A DNA stretch of 64,000 nucleotides from Cirrosporium novae-zelandiae (Eukaryota), in NCBI GenBank assembly GCA_026023565.1, contig JAPETS010000006.1:558001-622000 (forward strand), read 5' to 3'. The notes under the pieces were generated by a model. It was not told the origin of the DNA. It ran no database searches and was given only the letters and a program-made list of their open reading frames with translations. The position numbers and the translations under genes are program-made. Numbering within the stretch: position 1 is the first letter of the stretch; every line of letters begins with the position of its first letter. Positions 1 to 12,066 of this stretch are shown here, one piece after another.

Positions 1-594
1 TTTTGCTTTGCTTGGCCTGAAATTGGATATGGATTTCTCATGATTTCCTCCAAAAGACGCGTTCGCCAGTACATACAAGGCCATGAAACAGAAAAAAAAA
101 AACAACCCATCATCATCTCGTATAATTCGACATGAACACATATGGATTCATCTTGGCGACCGTTAGATTTTCAATAAAAGTTGAACTTTGTCGTTGAAGA
201 GAATACATGAATGGAAAAAAGGTTTCCGGTCATTGTCGCTCTCTCTGTCGTGGAATAGCCGAAAGCCTTGAGAGGCTCTAGCATGGTTACCCTGTTGGAG
301 GACAAGGGACCGAATTGAGTAGAAAATGATTAACCACCACATCATCATCATCGTAGAAGAGAACTATCGTGAGAAGGAAAAGGAAAATTGAATGAGTGCG
401 ACATCAATTCATCATCATTCGTCATATCGGCGCTGTCGTAAACTCCCAGGCAAAAGCAACTCGGGAGAATTATGGCTGAAGAAACATTAACAGTGGCTGA
501 TGGGGCGTTGGTAAATGATGTTCATCGAGTCTGTATAAACAAGACGTGAATCGGGTGGATGACCCGACCAGGAATAAGACGTAATGTCATCAAG

Positions 595-2709
595 CTATTT
601 TTGCATCTCATTTGGAGGAATTCCAAATGTAGAGCTTAAGCTGTCGTTGCAAGAGATACTGTTGTGAAGTACCTCATCAATGGAAGAAGGTCCAGGAAAT
701 GGGCCTGGCATTTGGAAGCGAGCAGATCTGCGAATAGTCGAGAACTTGCGAGTGTCCGCTGGTAAGGGAGGAGACGGTGGTGCATCCATAAAAGCATCTG
801 ATACGGTTCTACGGCTAGAAGGACCGGAGTGAATGCTAGTATTTCCAATGAGCCTGAAAGGAGAACCGAGTCTCTTTGGGTTGTCGAGTGAAGATCGAAG
901 TCCTGAATCGGCAGGTACCGCTGGTCCTGGAGGAGTGATTTCACGATGCCCTTGCTGGATTGGCTTGTCATATGTAAGAGCCTCGCTGAAGATATTAGAC
1001 GTTTGTCGAAGACGATCAACATTGTTCAAGCTAAAGCCACGGCTTCTAACGCGACGATGGCTACTCTTTCCAAAATTGATGTCAACCGGGAAAGCTCCAT
1101 GCTGAGGAGATCCGATTGCGGACCCTCCAGGACTAAGTTCCTCTTCCAATTGATGCTGAGCACGACGTTTCAGAAGACCGGTAAGTGGCTGCAGATGAGG
1201 AGGTGAAAAGCGAGCTGCATTTTGCGAGCTGAGATCAATGATTTGGTCGACAGGAGTAGTTGGCCTGGAGATTCCACCTCGAACATGTCCACGTGGGCTC
1301 CATGTATGATATTGAAAAGGTGAGCCCAGTCGCGCGGCTTGGCTGCGAGCATCGTCGATGTCTAGATCGGTCTGAGAAGATTGTGATTTGTACAGAGGTC
1401 GTGTTTTCTTCACAGGGCAATTGAACCACTGATCGTCACGTTGGGCATACCAAGAATCTGCACCTCCTGGAGCTTGTTGGGCAAGAGGATTGTCATGTTG
1501 CATGAAAGGCATTGTTTCTGCAGCCAAGGAGACTCGCATGCTGCGCGTAGAAAACCCATCATTTTGATGGACCAGGTCAGTTGGGTGTGTCGACGCTGCG
1601 CGAAGACCCCTCGAGAAACTGAACGGGGACGGGCTGCGTGATCGAAGTAGACGCTGGTAATGAGTAGGAATGGTAGGTCTCTGTTTGCACAATTCTCGGA
1701 ACCTCCTCCTGGTTGCTGCATCCGATCTTGGCCAAGTCTTCTGATTGGCTACTCTAGAAGCCCTGGGGGTGCTTTCATCGCTAGCATGGAGACTGGGATC
1801 TGAAATTTGGGACGTAATAGCTTCATGAGATTCATTGTGAGCATCATCAATTGGAGTCACGGCACGGTTGAACTTAGCATGACTTAAGCGACCTCTGCCA
1901 GAGGACTTCCTTGCCTTTGGCCAAGTGCGTTTCGCTTCGCGTGCGACTCGGTATAGAACGCCAATTGGCGGTGTAGATCCCGGAGCGACTTTGAATGGGG
2001 TGTATCTGGGATCCTGCAGATATCTTGCGTATGTAGTCATGATATGTTCATCCATCTCTTCCGTGAATTTTGGCTTCTGTCGTTTTTGGCGATTATTTCT
2101 AGGAGACTTGGGAGCAGGGCTAACAGGTGGACAAATCATGTTAGATTTTGTCGGGGACGGTACTGTAAGATAAAATGGATCCTGTGATTCGCTGTCATAG
2201 CTCGTGAGACTACCACCCAATGATTGTTCTGAAGCCAAGCTATCATCCGTCGAGCCAGAAGAATTGGAGTCATTTGAGCTCGATGACATAGGACGCGGAA
2301 TGTCAATAGTTGAGCGCCTAGATATTTTGGCCGGCGAAGCCAGTCTTCGCTGTGAGTCAAACATTTGTGCCAACGGTGTTTTCGGGGAGCTGTTTTGTGT
2401 TGATGCGGCGGCAAGGGTGCTAGGAGCCGATTCGGTAGTCAGGTACTGCAAGCCAGGAACAAAAGGAAGACCGAATGATGTAGTCTCAACGTTTGGCAGC
2501 AAAATTCTGTCGCGAAAAGCCCTTCTAGGGCGTGGATGGTGTAGCAGGTGTGAGAATTCATCATGCATAGAATGCTGTCGGTGTGGTGTGGTTGGCACAA
2601 AATCGGAAAGTTCGCGAGATTCTGGTGTCCTAGGTCCATTCATATCTTGGGACTGGTAGATAAAGTTGCGAGGCAAACTCGCCGACGGTACTGATTGGTG
2701 GTTCCGCAT
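595..2709 (-). CDS. Hypothetical protein, 704 aa, Ser/Pro-rich with a central helical (possibly SANT/Myb-like) block
   Basis: Long uninterrupted ORF. Block KFTEEMDEHIMTTYARYLQDPRYTPFKVAPGSTPPIGVLYRVAREAKRTW...WPRSDAATRRRFRELC resembles a Pezizomycotina conserved hypothetical family. RLGSPF occurs twice. The start codon is uncertain. Confidence 0.8.
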   Translation of the reverse strand: MRNHQSVPSASLPRNFIYQSQDMNGPRTPESRELSDFVPTTPHRQHSMHDEFSHLLHHPRPRRAFRDRILLPNVETTSFGLPFVPGLQYLTTESAPSTLAAASTQNSSPKTPLAQMFDSQRRLASPAKISRRSTIDIPRPMSSSSNDSNSSGSTDDSLASEQSLGGSLTSYDSESQDPFYLTVPSPTKSNMICPPVSPAPKSPRNNRQKRQKPKFTEEMDEHIMTTYARYLQDPRYTPFKVAPGSTPPIGVLYRVAREAKRTWPKARKSSGRGRLSHAKFNRAVTPIDDAHNESHEAITSQISDPSLHASDESTPRASRVANQKTWPRSDAATRRRFRELCKQRPTIPTHYQRLLRSRSPSPFSFSRGLRAASTHPTDLVHQNDGFSTRSMRVSLAAETMPFMQHDNPLAQQAPGGADSWYAQRDDQWFNCPVKKTRPLYKSQSSQTDLDIDDARSQAARLGSPFQYHTWSPRGHVRGGISRPTTPVDQIIDLSSQNAARFSPPHLQPLTGLLKRRAQHQLEEELSPGGSAIGSPQHGAFPVDINFGKSSHRRVRSRGFSLNNVDRLRQTSNIFSEALTYDKPIQQGHREITPPGPAVPADSGLRSSLDNPKRLGSPFRLIGNTSIHSGPSSRRTVSDAFMDAPPSPPLPADTRKFSTIRRSARFQMPGPFPGPSSIDEVLHNSISCNDSLSSTFGIPPNEMQK

Positions 2710-4023
2710 CTTGAGGTAAGCTGTATAAGCACAGTGAGATCAAATGTTGACGGGTTACCGCAAAGTGAGATTGGGTGCGGTCTCTATGACAAGGTACGAG
2801 CAAGCTAGGAAAGCTTCTACGCGACTTGACGTTTGTCACCGTCTTTTCAAAGGTTGAGAAGGCAGTTTGATCGAATAGGTATAGAGCGGTAGTATAATAG
2901 CTAAAAAGCCTGAACCTTAAGCGATCCAAACCAAATGGCAACGTGCACAAAGTAGAGATGAGGTATGATCTCAGACTCTCATATTTCTCATGTAATTATA
3001 CTGTACTGCTCGATGCTTGCAGTCCCGCGCCGTATCTTGTACAAGAACCCAGGGTATCTGTTTGACGTCCAACTCCTCAAGAATAAATAAATGATAGGAA
3101 AAACGTGAGTGTAATGATTGTAATCGGTCGAGCCGAGGTTTTAATGAAGGTAGAGATGCGCAATTGCTTCGATCAATTTCAGCTCAGTTTGCTAAAAAAG
3201 CGAGTACCAATTTCGAGTCGTGCTGAGGTGGGACTAACGGGTTGAAGGGCGGAGGCCTTGTGGGGGGTCTCACAGCTTTGAAGCACAGACAGGATATGCA
3301 CTGTTGACGTTGCGCAGATGGTGTTGAGGCGCGACCGAAGTGAGATGGAGGAAAGTCGAGTAAAAGTTCAGATGAAGTTGAAAGTGTCGTGTCTAGGAAA
3401 CTTGTGAGACTTTTGGCGATCATTAAAAAACGAAAACAAGGAGACGCGAGGAAATGTCGAGTCGAGTGGTTTGTGTGTATATGGTTTTGAGAGTCCCTGG
3501 GGCGCAAAGCACTGATCGCAACAATAAGGATGGGGAGGGAGGGATAGGTTAAGAGAGATGGCGTTGTGTTGTGCTTCTGTCGGACGGAGGTGTTGTGTTC
3601 AACCGAAGTGTGAGGCGTAGCGAGGAATGTCTTCGAAACAGCGGTACAGTGCAAGGTGCATCAACAGGAGGATGGAGAGGACGCGACCCTCGGAAGGACA
3701 AGTTGAGAATCTTGTCCAACTCCTACTCTCCAACAAGTCTCTTGCGAGAAGGGGTTAAAAATTATCGTTATATTGAGGGTGGTGAAAGGGGAGGAGAAGA
3801 AAGAAGAAAGAGCGACGAGAATCGAGGACGATTAACTAAAAGAGGCGGCGGACCTTGGAGGTTTGAATCAAACGGACGGTCAGTCAAAGTTTAGAGTAGT
3901 TTGGACCAGACAAGGCGCTACAAAGTACAGTACATGGGCTCACTTGAATTTCTTTGGGGCCCTTTTGGGGGGGGTGAGGAAGGGAGGGAGTGCCGGGGTA
4001 CCGGGGGTGCCAGAGCCAAAGAG

Positions 4024-4092
4024 CCCAGGATTGCTCAGGATTACCAGGATTACCAGGGTACCAGGGATACCAGGGATACCAAGGATACCAGG
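4024..4092. repeat. Degenerate 8-10 bp tandem repeat (TACCAGG[G]A[T] core)
   Basis: ccaggattaccaggattaccagggtaccagggataccagggataccaaggataccagg is visible directly. Confidence 0.85.
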
Positions 4093-4790
4093 TAGTGTCA
4101 GGGCATTTAGCAGACCAGACGGTCGTGCTAATACTGCAGTAACTTACAGTAGTGTGGACCGTCAAGAGGACCTACTTCTGTAGCAAGACCACAAAGCAAC
4201 CATACAAATCCCAAGCCAAGACCGGGGTTTCAAAGGATAAATGTCTTATTAAAGTCATTCATTGATCAAGTTAAATCCAAACTGAGGAATTGTCCGAATT
4301 TTCATGGACTGTATCGTAGTAATTTAATGCCAAATGCGAATTGGAATGCCATTGCCAGGTGTGGAGTGGGATTTGACGGGAACTCAATTAATTGAGAAAA
4401 GTCAATTAGAATTTCTCCAGGTGAAGACAAATAATGACAAATACAAGGATGATGATGAAAGGGAAAGCAACTTCAAAAGATTTTCTGAAGATCTTGGAAG
4501 GAAAAAGGAAATGACGCTGTGATGATTGTGTGCCGGATGGGTGATAATAATGCAGCAGATAGGGAGCGATACTCGAGTAGTAGCACACCCAAGAGCACCC
4601 AGGTGCACCTAAGAACATGTAAAGGAGCACCTAAGAGGGCACCAAAGAGTTACTCTCTCCAAACACCTATCAGCACCTAAGCACCTTAAGAACCTAAAGC
4701 ACCAAACGAACCAGTACATATTACCACATTTTCCCAACCAGTCTTCTAGCCACGCGTAATTCAGACCCTGGTCCTAGACAAACATCACCA

Positions 4791-4825
4791 CATCGCTACA
4801 TCGCTACATCGCTACATCGCTACAT
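4791..4825. repeat. (CATCGCTA)4 tandem repeat
   Basis: Four perfect 8-bp units plus CAT. Confidence 0.9.
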
Positions 4826-7612
4826 ACTCTACCTAGATAGCTATTCGAGTAGCTACACACCTACAGTAGCCCCCCCCCCCCGATCCCTACGTCCCTCGGT
4901 CCCTCTAAAACTACTAGGGTCCAAAAGCACGACAAGACAACTGCATCTAATCCAAGCATCTTTAGTACAACGGCTGTGCTTACATTGTACTATGCTTTGT
5001 ACAACTAATGCTGCCATTGCCATTGCTGTTGTTGTTGTTGCTGCTGCTGCTTGTTGCTCCCTCGTTCTGCTTCTGCTCCTGCCACTATGCAGCCAGTTAG
5101 ATTTTGTTGACCGATCCAAGCAGGTCACTGGTTCTGCACCGTGCTCCACCCTCTCTCCACCGAACAATTCAGGTGGCTCTAGTCTTGTGAACTATATCAG
5201 AGCACGTTCAAGCTTCTGCCGCCAGCTGCTGGTAACTTGGTAACTTACAGGCTCATGCTACACATATCATTCTGAGAAACCGAAAGAGAGCATAAGACAG
5301 AAAACAGGAAAGTAGGAATTGAAACCTCCCTTTCCAGTACCAACCACCCTTTGGCGCTAGATGATCAAGTTTTAATTAATGCTACCAATGGCATTGTTTT
5401 CAATTTCCTATTCTTTCTCTTGACAGGCTTGATGAATAGATTTGACTATGCAACTGTGGTTTTCCCAGCAACAAGCGCTGGCCGATATGTCAACCTGATG
5501 CACATCAAATAAATTAAGACATTCCTCACCGAGTGAGTGCGAGTGCGTGTGAAATAATGCTAAATGGAGAATTAAGATATTAAGCCACCGTCTAGAATAG
5601 GTAGTTGATGACTTATTTCAGAGATTTGCTTTGAATTGATTTTCCTTTTCCTTACACCGTACAGTACCTAATTACCTAAACTTCTTTTGGTTGGGTTCGG
5701 CGCGAATAAGCGAACCCACAAAGGAAAGAAAAAAATAAATCTGCTAAACTGAATTTTGATGTTGACGCGCCTGTCTCGTGAAATGACTGACTTTGACCCC
5801 CAATTCAACCAATTCGACCACCTCCTTGACCAACCTCGAACGACCAACTTAAAACTACTGCGCAACATGGCAAAACACTGTTACTGTCTTGCCTTTCGCA
5901 CTTCCCATTCCCATGCCATTGACCATTGACCTCGGAAGCAACCTGTCAAACTGAAAAATAACTAATGTACATTCATGTATGTATTCTTTGTTTCTTCTGA
6001 CGACCTTCTTAAACTGTCTTGACCCCTCAAGCCCGTCGGCCTATCCGTCAACCCATTCCTGCCTTCTGTTGGCGTTTCTCTTCTCGTTCGCATCCTTTCT
6101 AGATTATCATTTCTTTCTTCAATTTGCTTATTCTCAGCCAACTTCGGCCTCATACTTATGCGGGATGAAACTTTACCGCTGAGTTTTTTGTCTCCTAATC
6201 CCATTGAAAATTGACAGCTCATTCTTAGTTACCTCTGAAGAGCTTGAGATGGAAAAAGAAATTTAAGGGTCCTCCAGCTTCACAAGCCATTAGATACCAA
6301 AATGTCGATTCTGCTCCGGCTTTGCTCTCCATAGCCAATCCGCATCTTCGGCGTCCCTCGGTCTGAATATGACCTTTGAATAATCCATTTTGGGTGGAAT
6401 TACCAATGTGATGTTCAGATCGAAAATGATACCGAGATCCGGTGGGCTTCTGATGTCGGTAACAGCTTCTGGCCAGCCTCACACCCGGGATAAGAAGGGC
6501 GATCATATTACCCAGTACCCTGGAAAGCAGTTGTATAATAGACAAATTATGGGTCATAAGCAGGACCCCATCTCGATAGGATTGGAAAGAGGTCCTGATT
6601 TACCGGGAAAAGGGATATTACCAACCTGTTCGCATAATGGCGGAATGATGCGCAGATGGCATTAAATATAATAAAGATATTATAACCTATTAAAGGCCCA
6701 TTGAAGTCACGGTTGATGTAGAGCATTAATATCCCGATATCATCCAAACTTTTTCTTAGGCCTGGCTAGTCAAATGTGCTTTTTCCTTCTGTTCCTGTTA
6801 CATATCTCCATAACCTTTTTTTTCTTTATCGCATCGAGTATTTTCTAGCATGGATTTGCATTCTTATTTTTTTTCTTCCAACTTGGATTCTATTTGAGTA
6901 CCTTATTATATATTTCTACCAAACGAAACCACAATTGAATTCTCATGGCCCATCTAAATTTTCAATTTCTGACTAAAACTTCGAGCCTGATATGAGCATC
7001 TTTGGTGTCCTCATAACAATACTTGTTCATAAGCTCAAGGTTCATTTTATGTGGCCTGGCCTTGTCTCCTTGAACTCAACAGACTAAAAATATATATGCT
7101 TTGCCATCTCATTGATTACTGAACGGGGTGCTGTCAGGAACACAGGAAGGTTCCACATCTATTATGAAAATTCCGACCCTCTTTAGCTACACCGCCGCAT
7201 CATTATCCCTCTTCCTAGTATAGTTTGAATGGCGATAAAAAGGTTAAGGATCGGATCATGCATTGGCGTGAAGCAGGGGTCGATGGCACAGCATGTTCTC
7301 GATGACATTGGCTCCATCCGCTGTCGAAATAGAGAATAGCAGATCAGCCCAGGGTATACTAGAGTAAAACCAGTAAAACCAGTTTGGTTATCGAATGACG
7401 CAGTTCCTACTCTTTCCTTCCAGAAGAAGTTTATTTTACAACCTCGATGGCTAGTCTTAGTGAAGGTGAGGTTACCATCGGAGCTATTTCTCAGTAGCTT
7501 AGTCTACTTTTTATTTGGCGTAGAGAACGGTTTCCCTTGTCTTCTTAGGATCGGGGGATCAATGAATAATAATTATCTAGGATGTAATTACGTTCCAAGG
7601 TTGTTGTTGTTG

Positions 7613-7643
<31 letters not shown>
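7613..7643. repeat. (ATT)n microsatellite
   Basis: About 10 ATT units after a short (GTT)n run. Confidence 0.9.
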
Positions 7644-7646
<3 letters not shown>

Positions 7647-8035
7647 CGCAGTAATCGTACGTCAGAAGCTCATCTCCCCACCATTGATCATTGACCATTG
7701 ACCCCACGAACGCCCAAAGCCGGAGCGACGGTATGGAATAATATGAACCTGGCACACTCCCCATCTTCTCATCTTCTTTCTTCTTTCTTCTCCTTCTAAT
7801 TAATCCCTTCCACATGTTCTCCCTCAAGTTTTAAATTTTTCAAACTAATTACTGAATTGTTCAAGCTTCCTCCTTCCCCAGGTGGATCCATCAGATAACT
7901 AGTCGTTCTTTAACTGATATCTACTTGATACTTAATACCCCGCCTACCTTTTTCCTTATTTATATATTTGATAACATATACTCTTAATTATTCATTGAAC
8001 CCAACATTTCTAGTGGGATTATATCTATCTATACC

Positions 8036-9180
8036 ATGGGTTCTAACAGCAATGCCGACGTCCTCTCATCCGCATCCGCTGCTCCACCCGCTCTCTCCAT
8101 CTCTGACAAAGAGGAAATCAACATCTTAGTCACTGGCTTCGGCGTACGTTTTCCCCAACCCCCAACATCCACCACCCCCGCGTTGATTATCTCATACTAA
8201 CACTAAAACAAATGGAAATTCTAGCAATTCTCTAGCTTCTCCGTTAACCCCTCTTACCTCATCGCACGCTCCCTACCCACCACCATCTACCCCTCCTTAC
8301 AATCACCCTCGTGTCCTCGCATCACCTTGCACGTGCACCCCGACCCCGTTCGCGTCTCCTATCGTGCAATTCGCACTCTAATTCCCGAGCTACTCTCGCC
8401 GTCCAAAACTCCAGTCATAAATTTCGCTACAGCTGTCACCCCGGACTCCAGCAATGACGCCATATACTCAGAAGAGGACGACGGGGTGATAGGACCCTAC
8501 GACGCCGTTCTGCATATCGGAATGGCCAATGGACACAATTACTACGCTTGCGAAGCCCAAGCCCATCGGGATGGATACGAGATCAAAGATGTGGACGGAG
8601 AAACAATGCAAAAAGACACCTTCTGGAAGTCGCGTGGTGCGCCGCCCATACTAAAATCGGCATTCCAAGTCGATGGAGATGTCTGGCGGAGGTGGAAGAG
8701 AGATGCGCCTGTATGCATGATTTTATCTATCTAGTCCTTCCTGCAGTATTTCCACTCTGATTCCACCCGACCGATAATGTTAAATCCGGATGACACTATC
8801 CATCCCATCGGCGACCCCCCAAACCAAAAACCTTTCCCATATCTTATCTCTCATAACCACCCATTCCCAATCCAACCCAATCCAAACTAACCCTCCCACC
8901 CCCACGCTCTCAGGATCTCGACCTCCGCCCCTCCTTCGACCCAGGCCACTACTGCTGCGACTTCATCTACTACACGAGCCTCTACGAGCTCTGGCGCACG
9001 AATCGCGAGCGCCGCGTTATATTCCTGCACGTCCCAGGCGCCACGAGCCACGCATCTATTGAGCGAGGGACTAGGGCCGCGGTGGGGTTGATTAGGGCTA
9101 TGGTTGAGACTTGGGAATCTGAAGCGGAGAAAGAAAAGAAGAAGAAGGAAAATGAAGAGGCGGGGGAGGAGGTTAAGTAG
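8036..9180 (+). CDS. Pyroglutamyl-peptidase I (peptidase C15); exons 8036-8143, 8225-8710, 8914-9180
   Basis: Spliced product contains ILVTGFG-QF..VNPS, VLHIGMA, E..AHRDGY..KDVDG, S.DPGHYCCDFIYYTSL and IFLHVP (Glu/Cys/His triad motifs). Both introns are GT-AG with CTAAC branch sites. Confidence 0.9.
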
Positions 9181-9799
9181 GCGACTGAATTGGTTAGGAC
9201 GTTTTTCTTTCTTTCTTAGGAGTAGGGGATAGGGTATTGTATCCCTTTAATGACATGATTTGACTTGTAGCAGTTCACTGACGATGTGATGCAAAAAGAG
9301 GGAAATGAAGTGGAATGAAACGAAATGAAAAGCAATCGACAGATAGGTAGAGTATATATACATAACATAACTTAGAACAACACACAAAATACTTTGAACC
9401 GCTTCTTTCTGGTTCGGATCCCAATTCTCAGTCCCCAATTCTCAACTCCTATCTATGAAAAGCAATCCACAGATAGGTGGAGTGGAGTATACATACATAA
9501 CACAGAACAAAACAAAACAAAAAATACTTGGAATCACTTATTTCTGGCCCCAGTCCCAATCCCCAATCCCCCCATTATATACCCCCATCCCTCATCACAT
9601 ACAAATCCCTTGCCTATCTCAAAAAATAGATATATCTACAAAGCCTTAAAAAATAAATGAATTATAAATATATCCAAAAATTGATTTTGTTTAAAGGCCC
9701 TCCTTAAAAAGGCCGCATTATTTTCTATATTAGTTCTATCTTTGGGGGTCCTGGTCTGGTTGCTTTCATTTCTAATTATCCGTCAAAAAGTTACCAACG

Positions 9800-10402
9800 C
9801 CAAGTTTGATCAAGGCCTTGTTTGTTCCTGTTTTTGTTCTTCTTCTTCGTCGCTTGAGATCAATGAGATAGCATATCGCCGCTTGGTTCTGGAATCCTTG
9901 GGACTTTGTATATTTATCACTTAAGACTTAAGCGATTGATGATGATGCGATTGATCAGTTCGTCTGAAGTAGACCTTGCTCTCTTCTTCCTTCGAGGCAA
10001 AAGCTCGATGCAAGTTCTTGAATATGGGCAAGCTCCAGGTCCACACTATTTGCTACAGGGTGTTTCTTTCGGATTACCCAATCCATAAGGCTGCTAAACG
10101 CGAGTCTGTCCTCATCTGGAAGGTGGATAACAAGTATATCCCCTCCCTCCGGAGACGATCATCACCATGGCATGGAAAACTTTGGAACATTTGCATATAG
10201 CTATTCTTGGGGAATCCAGTTAGGCATCGCGGTGGACCATCTTTCAGGCCAATGGTGATTTTTTACTGGTTCCTGATGGAATGCTTCTGTTCCACGAGTA
10301 ATTAGATAAGATATTTTCTTGTGTGTGGAGCTTCGTGGCCAGGTGAAAAAGCCCGGATTACAACTTACTCGGACATCATTTGGGCCAGGTAAATTTGCCC
10401 AT
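9800..10402 (-). pseudogene. Degenerate BTB/POZ-domain paralog
   Basis: Minus-strand fragments AFHQEPVK/ITIG, WIPQE*L/CKCSKVFHAM, IHLPDEDRLAFSSLMDW and VLSDKY/..QGFQNQA align with the neighbouring BTB gene. There are several frameshifts and stops, and an intron relic at 10368-10287. The 3' end is approximate. Confidence 0.75.
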
Positions 10403-11471
10403 GGTGAGAAGTATGGTTTAGTGAAAGAATGTTTTTTTTTTTGGAAGCTCGCTCCTTGGAGGAGTCATTTTCACTACTATATTCCAGAAGATGGAACAGT
10501 TAGAACACTTGCTTATATAGTGTCTTCACAAAAGGTCAGTCTCATATACCTATGTGCACTTGATACGTCTCGCCTTTAGCGCCTGTGAGTTCTGGACCCT
10601 TCATTTCCCTTCTCAAAACCCGAAGTCTTGTCTGATTTCAAACGTTGCAAGATGAGATGAATCTTAAAATCGACTTGCACTCAAGTTAGTTAAACATTGA
10701 AACCCAAGTCAAAAGCACTCTCTCATCAAGTTGAGGTATATATATATACATTACCTTTTAGGATGGGATTTCCTACACCTAATTAAAGAAACTTTCAACG
10801 TCGTGTAAGAAAAACCACAATGATTCCTAAAGTCGATTATCCTTGGATAATAATGACTGTTGGGTATAGTAAGTCTGAGGAAAGTGGAAACAATTTCTTG
10901 ATCAAAAACGAATTGAATTATTACTTGTCTGCCCTTTAGGGGGGCGACTTTAGTCTCATCAACCCCCCTTCGGTCCTTCCTCCGTAGCAGAAAGTAGGAG
11001 AGAGAGAGAAGTTCAGAAAAAAAAATCTATTTCACCTGCAGGTTTTATTTTATTGCCGTAGTTTAAGCGGCATATGGACATAAAAACAGTGAATTATCAT
11101 CATGTTATTGCGAGATTCTAGATATCGAAGCTTCCTTCCACTTTAGGCAATTAGGAATGAATGCAGTTACTTCTTATAATTAGCCGTATATTGGTTGCAT
11201 AACAACAACAGCTTAAGGATCCTCCTTGATAAAAATCCTGTACTATCTATCTAAGAAAACAAGTCAAGTGACCTCTTTGCATATACCATAAAGATATTAG
11301 GAAATAAATATTTTTAACACTTGGACTTAGCTGACAGGACCCCTATATATAGTTGGCAGTTGGTTAGCAAAAAGTTCAATGAGAGTAAATCCGAGATTGG
11401 GAAATGGATTCTTAAGTTTCTTTAATAAAAGGTATTTAAGATCCTAAGCACTGGAGTATGTATGTTCGAAG

Positions 11472-12066
11472 TTATTTGGCCTCTTTGAAGGTCGCGCAAT
11501 CCAAAACCCTCTGCAAGGCATCTGCGGCGAACTCTGTACCCAAAGCCACCCAATCCTCCTTAGGACCTGCAAGAGCATTTTGCTGGGCATGGAATTGTTC
11601 GATCATAAATAATCGAAGCTTACAACCAGAGAGTGTATGGTCGTAGACATATTTAACGTCGTCAGGTAATAGTAGACAGGCGCTGTACCATTTATCGAGA
11701 AGGGAAATGGCTCGGTCCTGAAAATCCGGAATGTCGTATTTGTCGCCTAGAATCCAATATTGAAAGATACGTGTTGCGGGCGTACTGGCTAACAAATCGA
11801 GAACGTGGCATAGTTCTTCAGTTAGAGAGACATTTGACTTGAAATTCGGTGCAAGGTGGGTCTGTGCCATCCAGCGTACAAGATAAGAAAACACCTTGGG
11901 ACTGTCGCTTGGTAGTTTAATAAACCCATCATATGTTTCTTTGAAGCCACTGGTTAACATAGCACGAAATACCGCTGAGCAAGCGCATAGCCAAAATTGG
12001 GGAATCCAGAATGTTTGTGTTGTACCAGTGCCGACGATGACTTTGACCGGTTCAATGTCAAAGACT
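11472..12066 (-). CDS. BTB/POZ-domain protein (main exon; 5' exon unresolved and possibly damaged)
   Basis: After the acceptor CTAAC...TAG at 12067: VFDIEPVKVIVGTGTTQTFWIPQFWLCACSAVFRAMLTSGFKE...IKLPSDSPKVFSYLVRWM...YWILGDKYDIPDFQDRAI...VYDHTLSGCKLR. This is a typical fungal BTB plus helical tail. No clean ATG exon was found upstream. Confidence 0.75.

Noticed and set aside
3184..3654. 156-aa minus-strand ORF upstream of the hypothetical gene
   Set aside because: Non-ATG start, no motifs, and composition typical of a pyrimidine-rich 5' leader
5693..5718. Hairpin TGGGTTCG-n11-CGAACCCA
   Set aside because: Isolated 8-bp stem with no tRNA cloverleaf or element context
5962..6747. Several 66-110 aa ORFs on both strands with scattered splice-like signals
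   Set aside because: No coherent gene model or recognisable domain could be assembled
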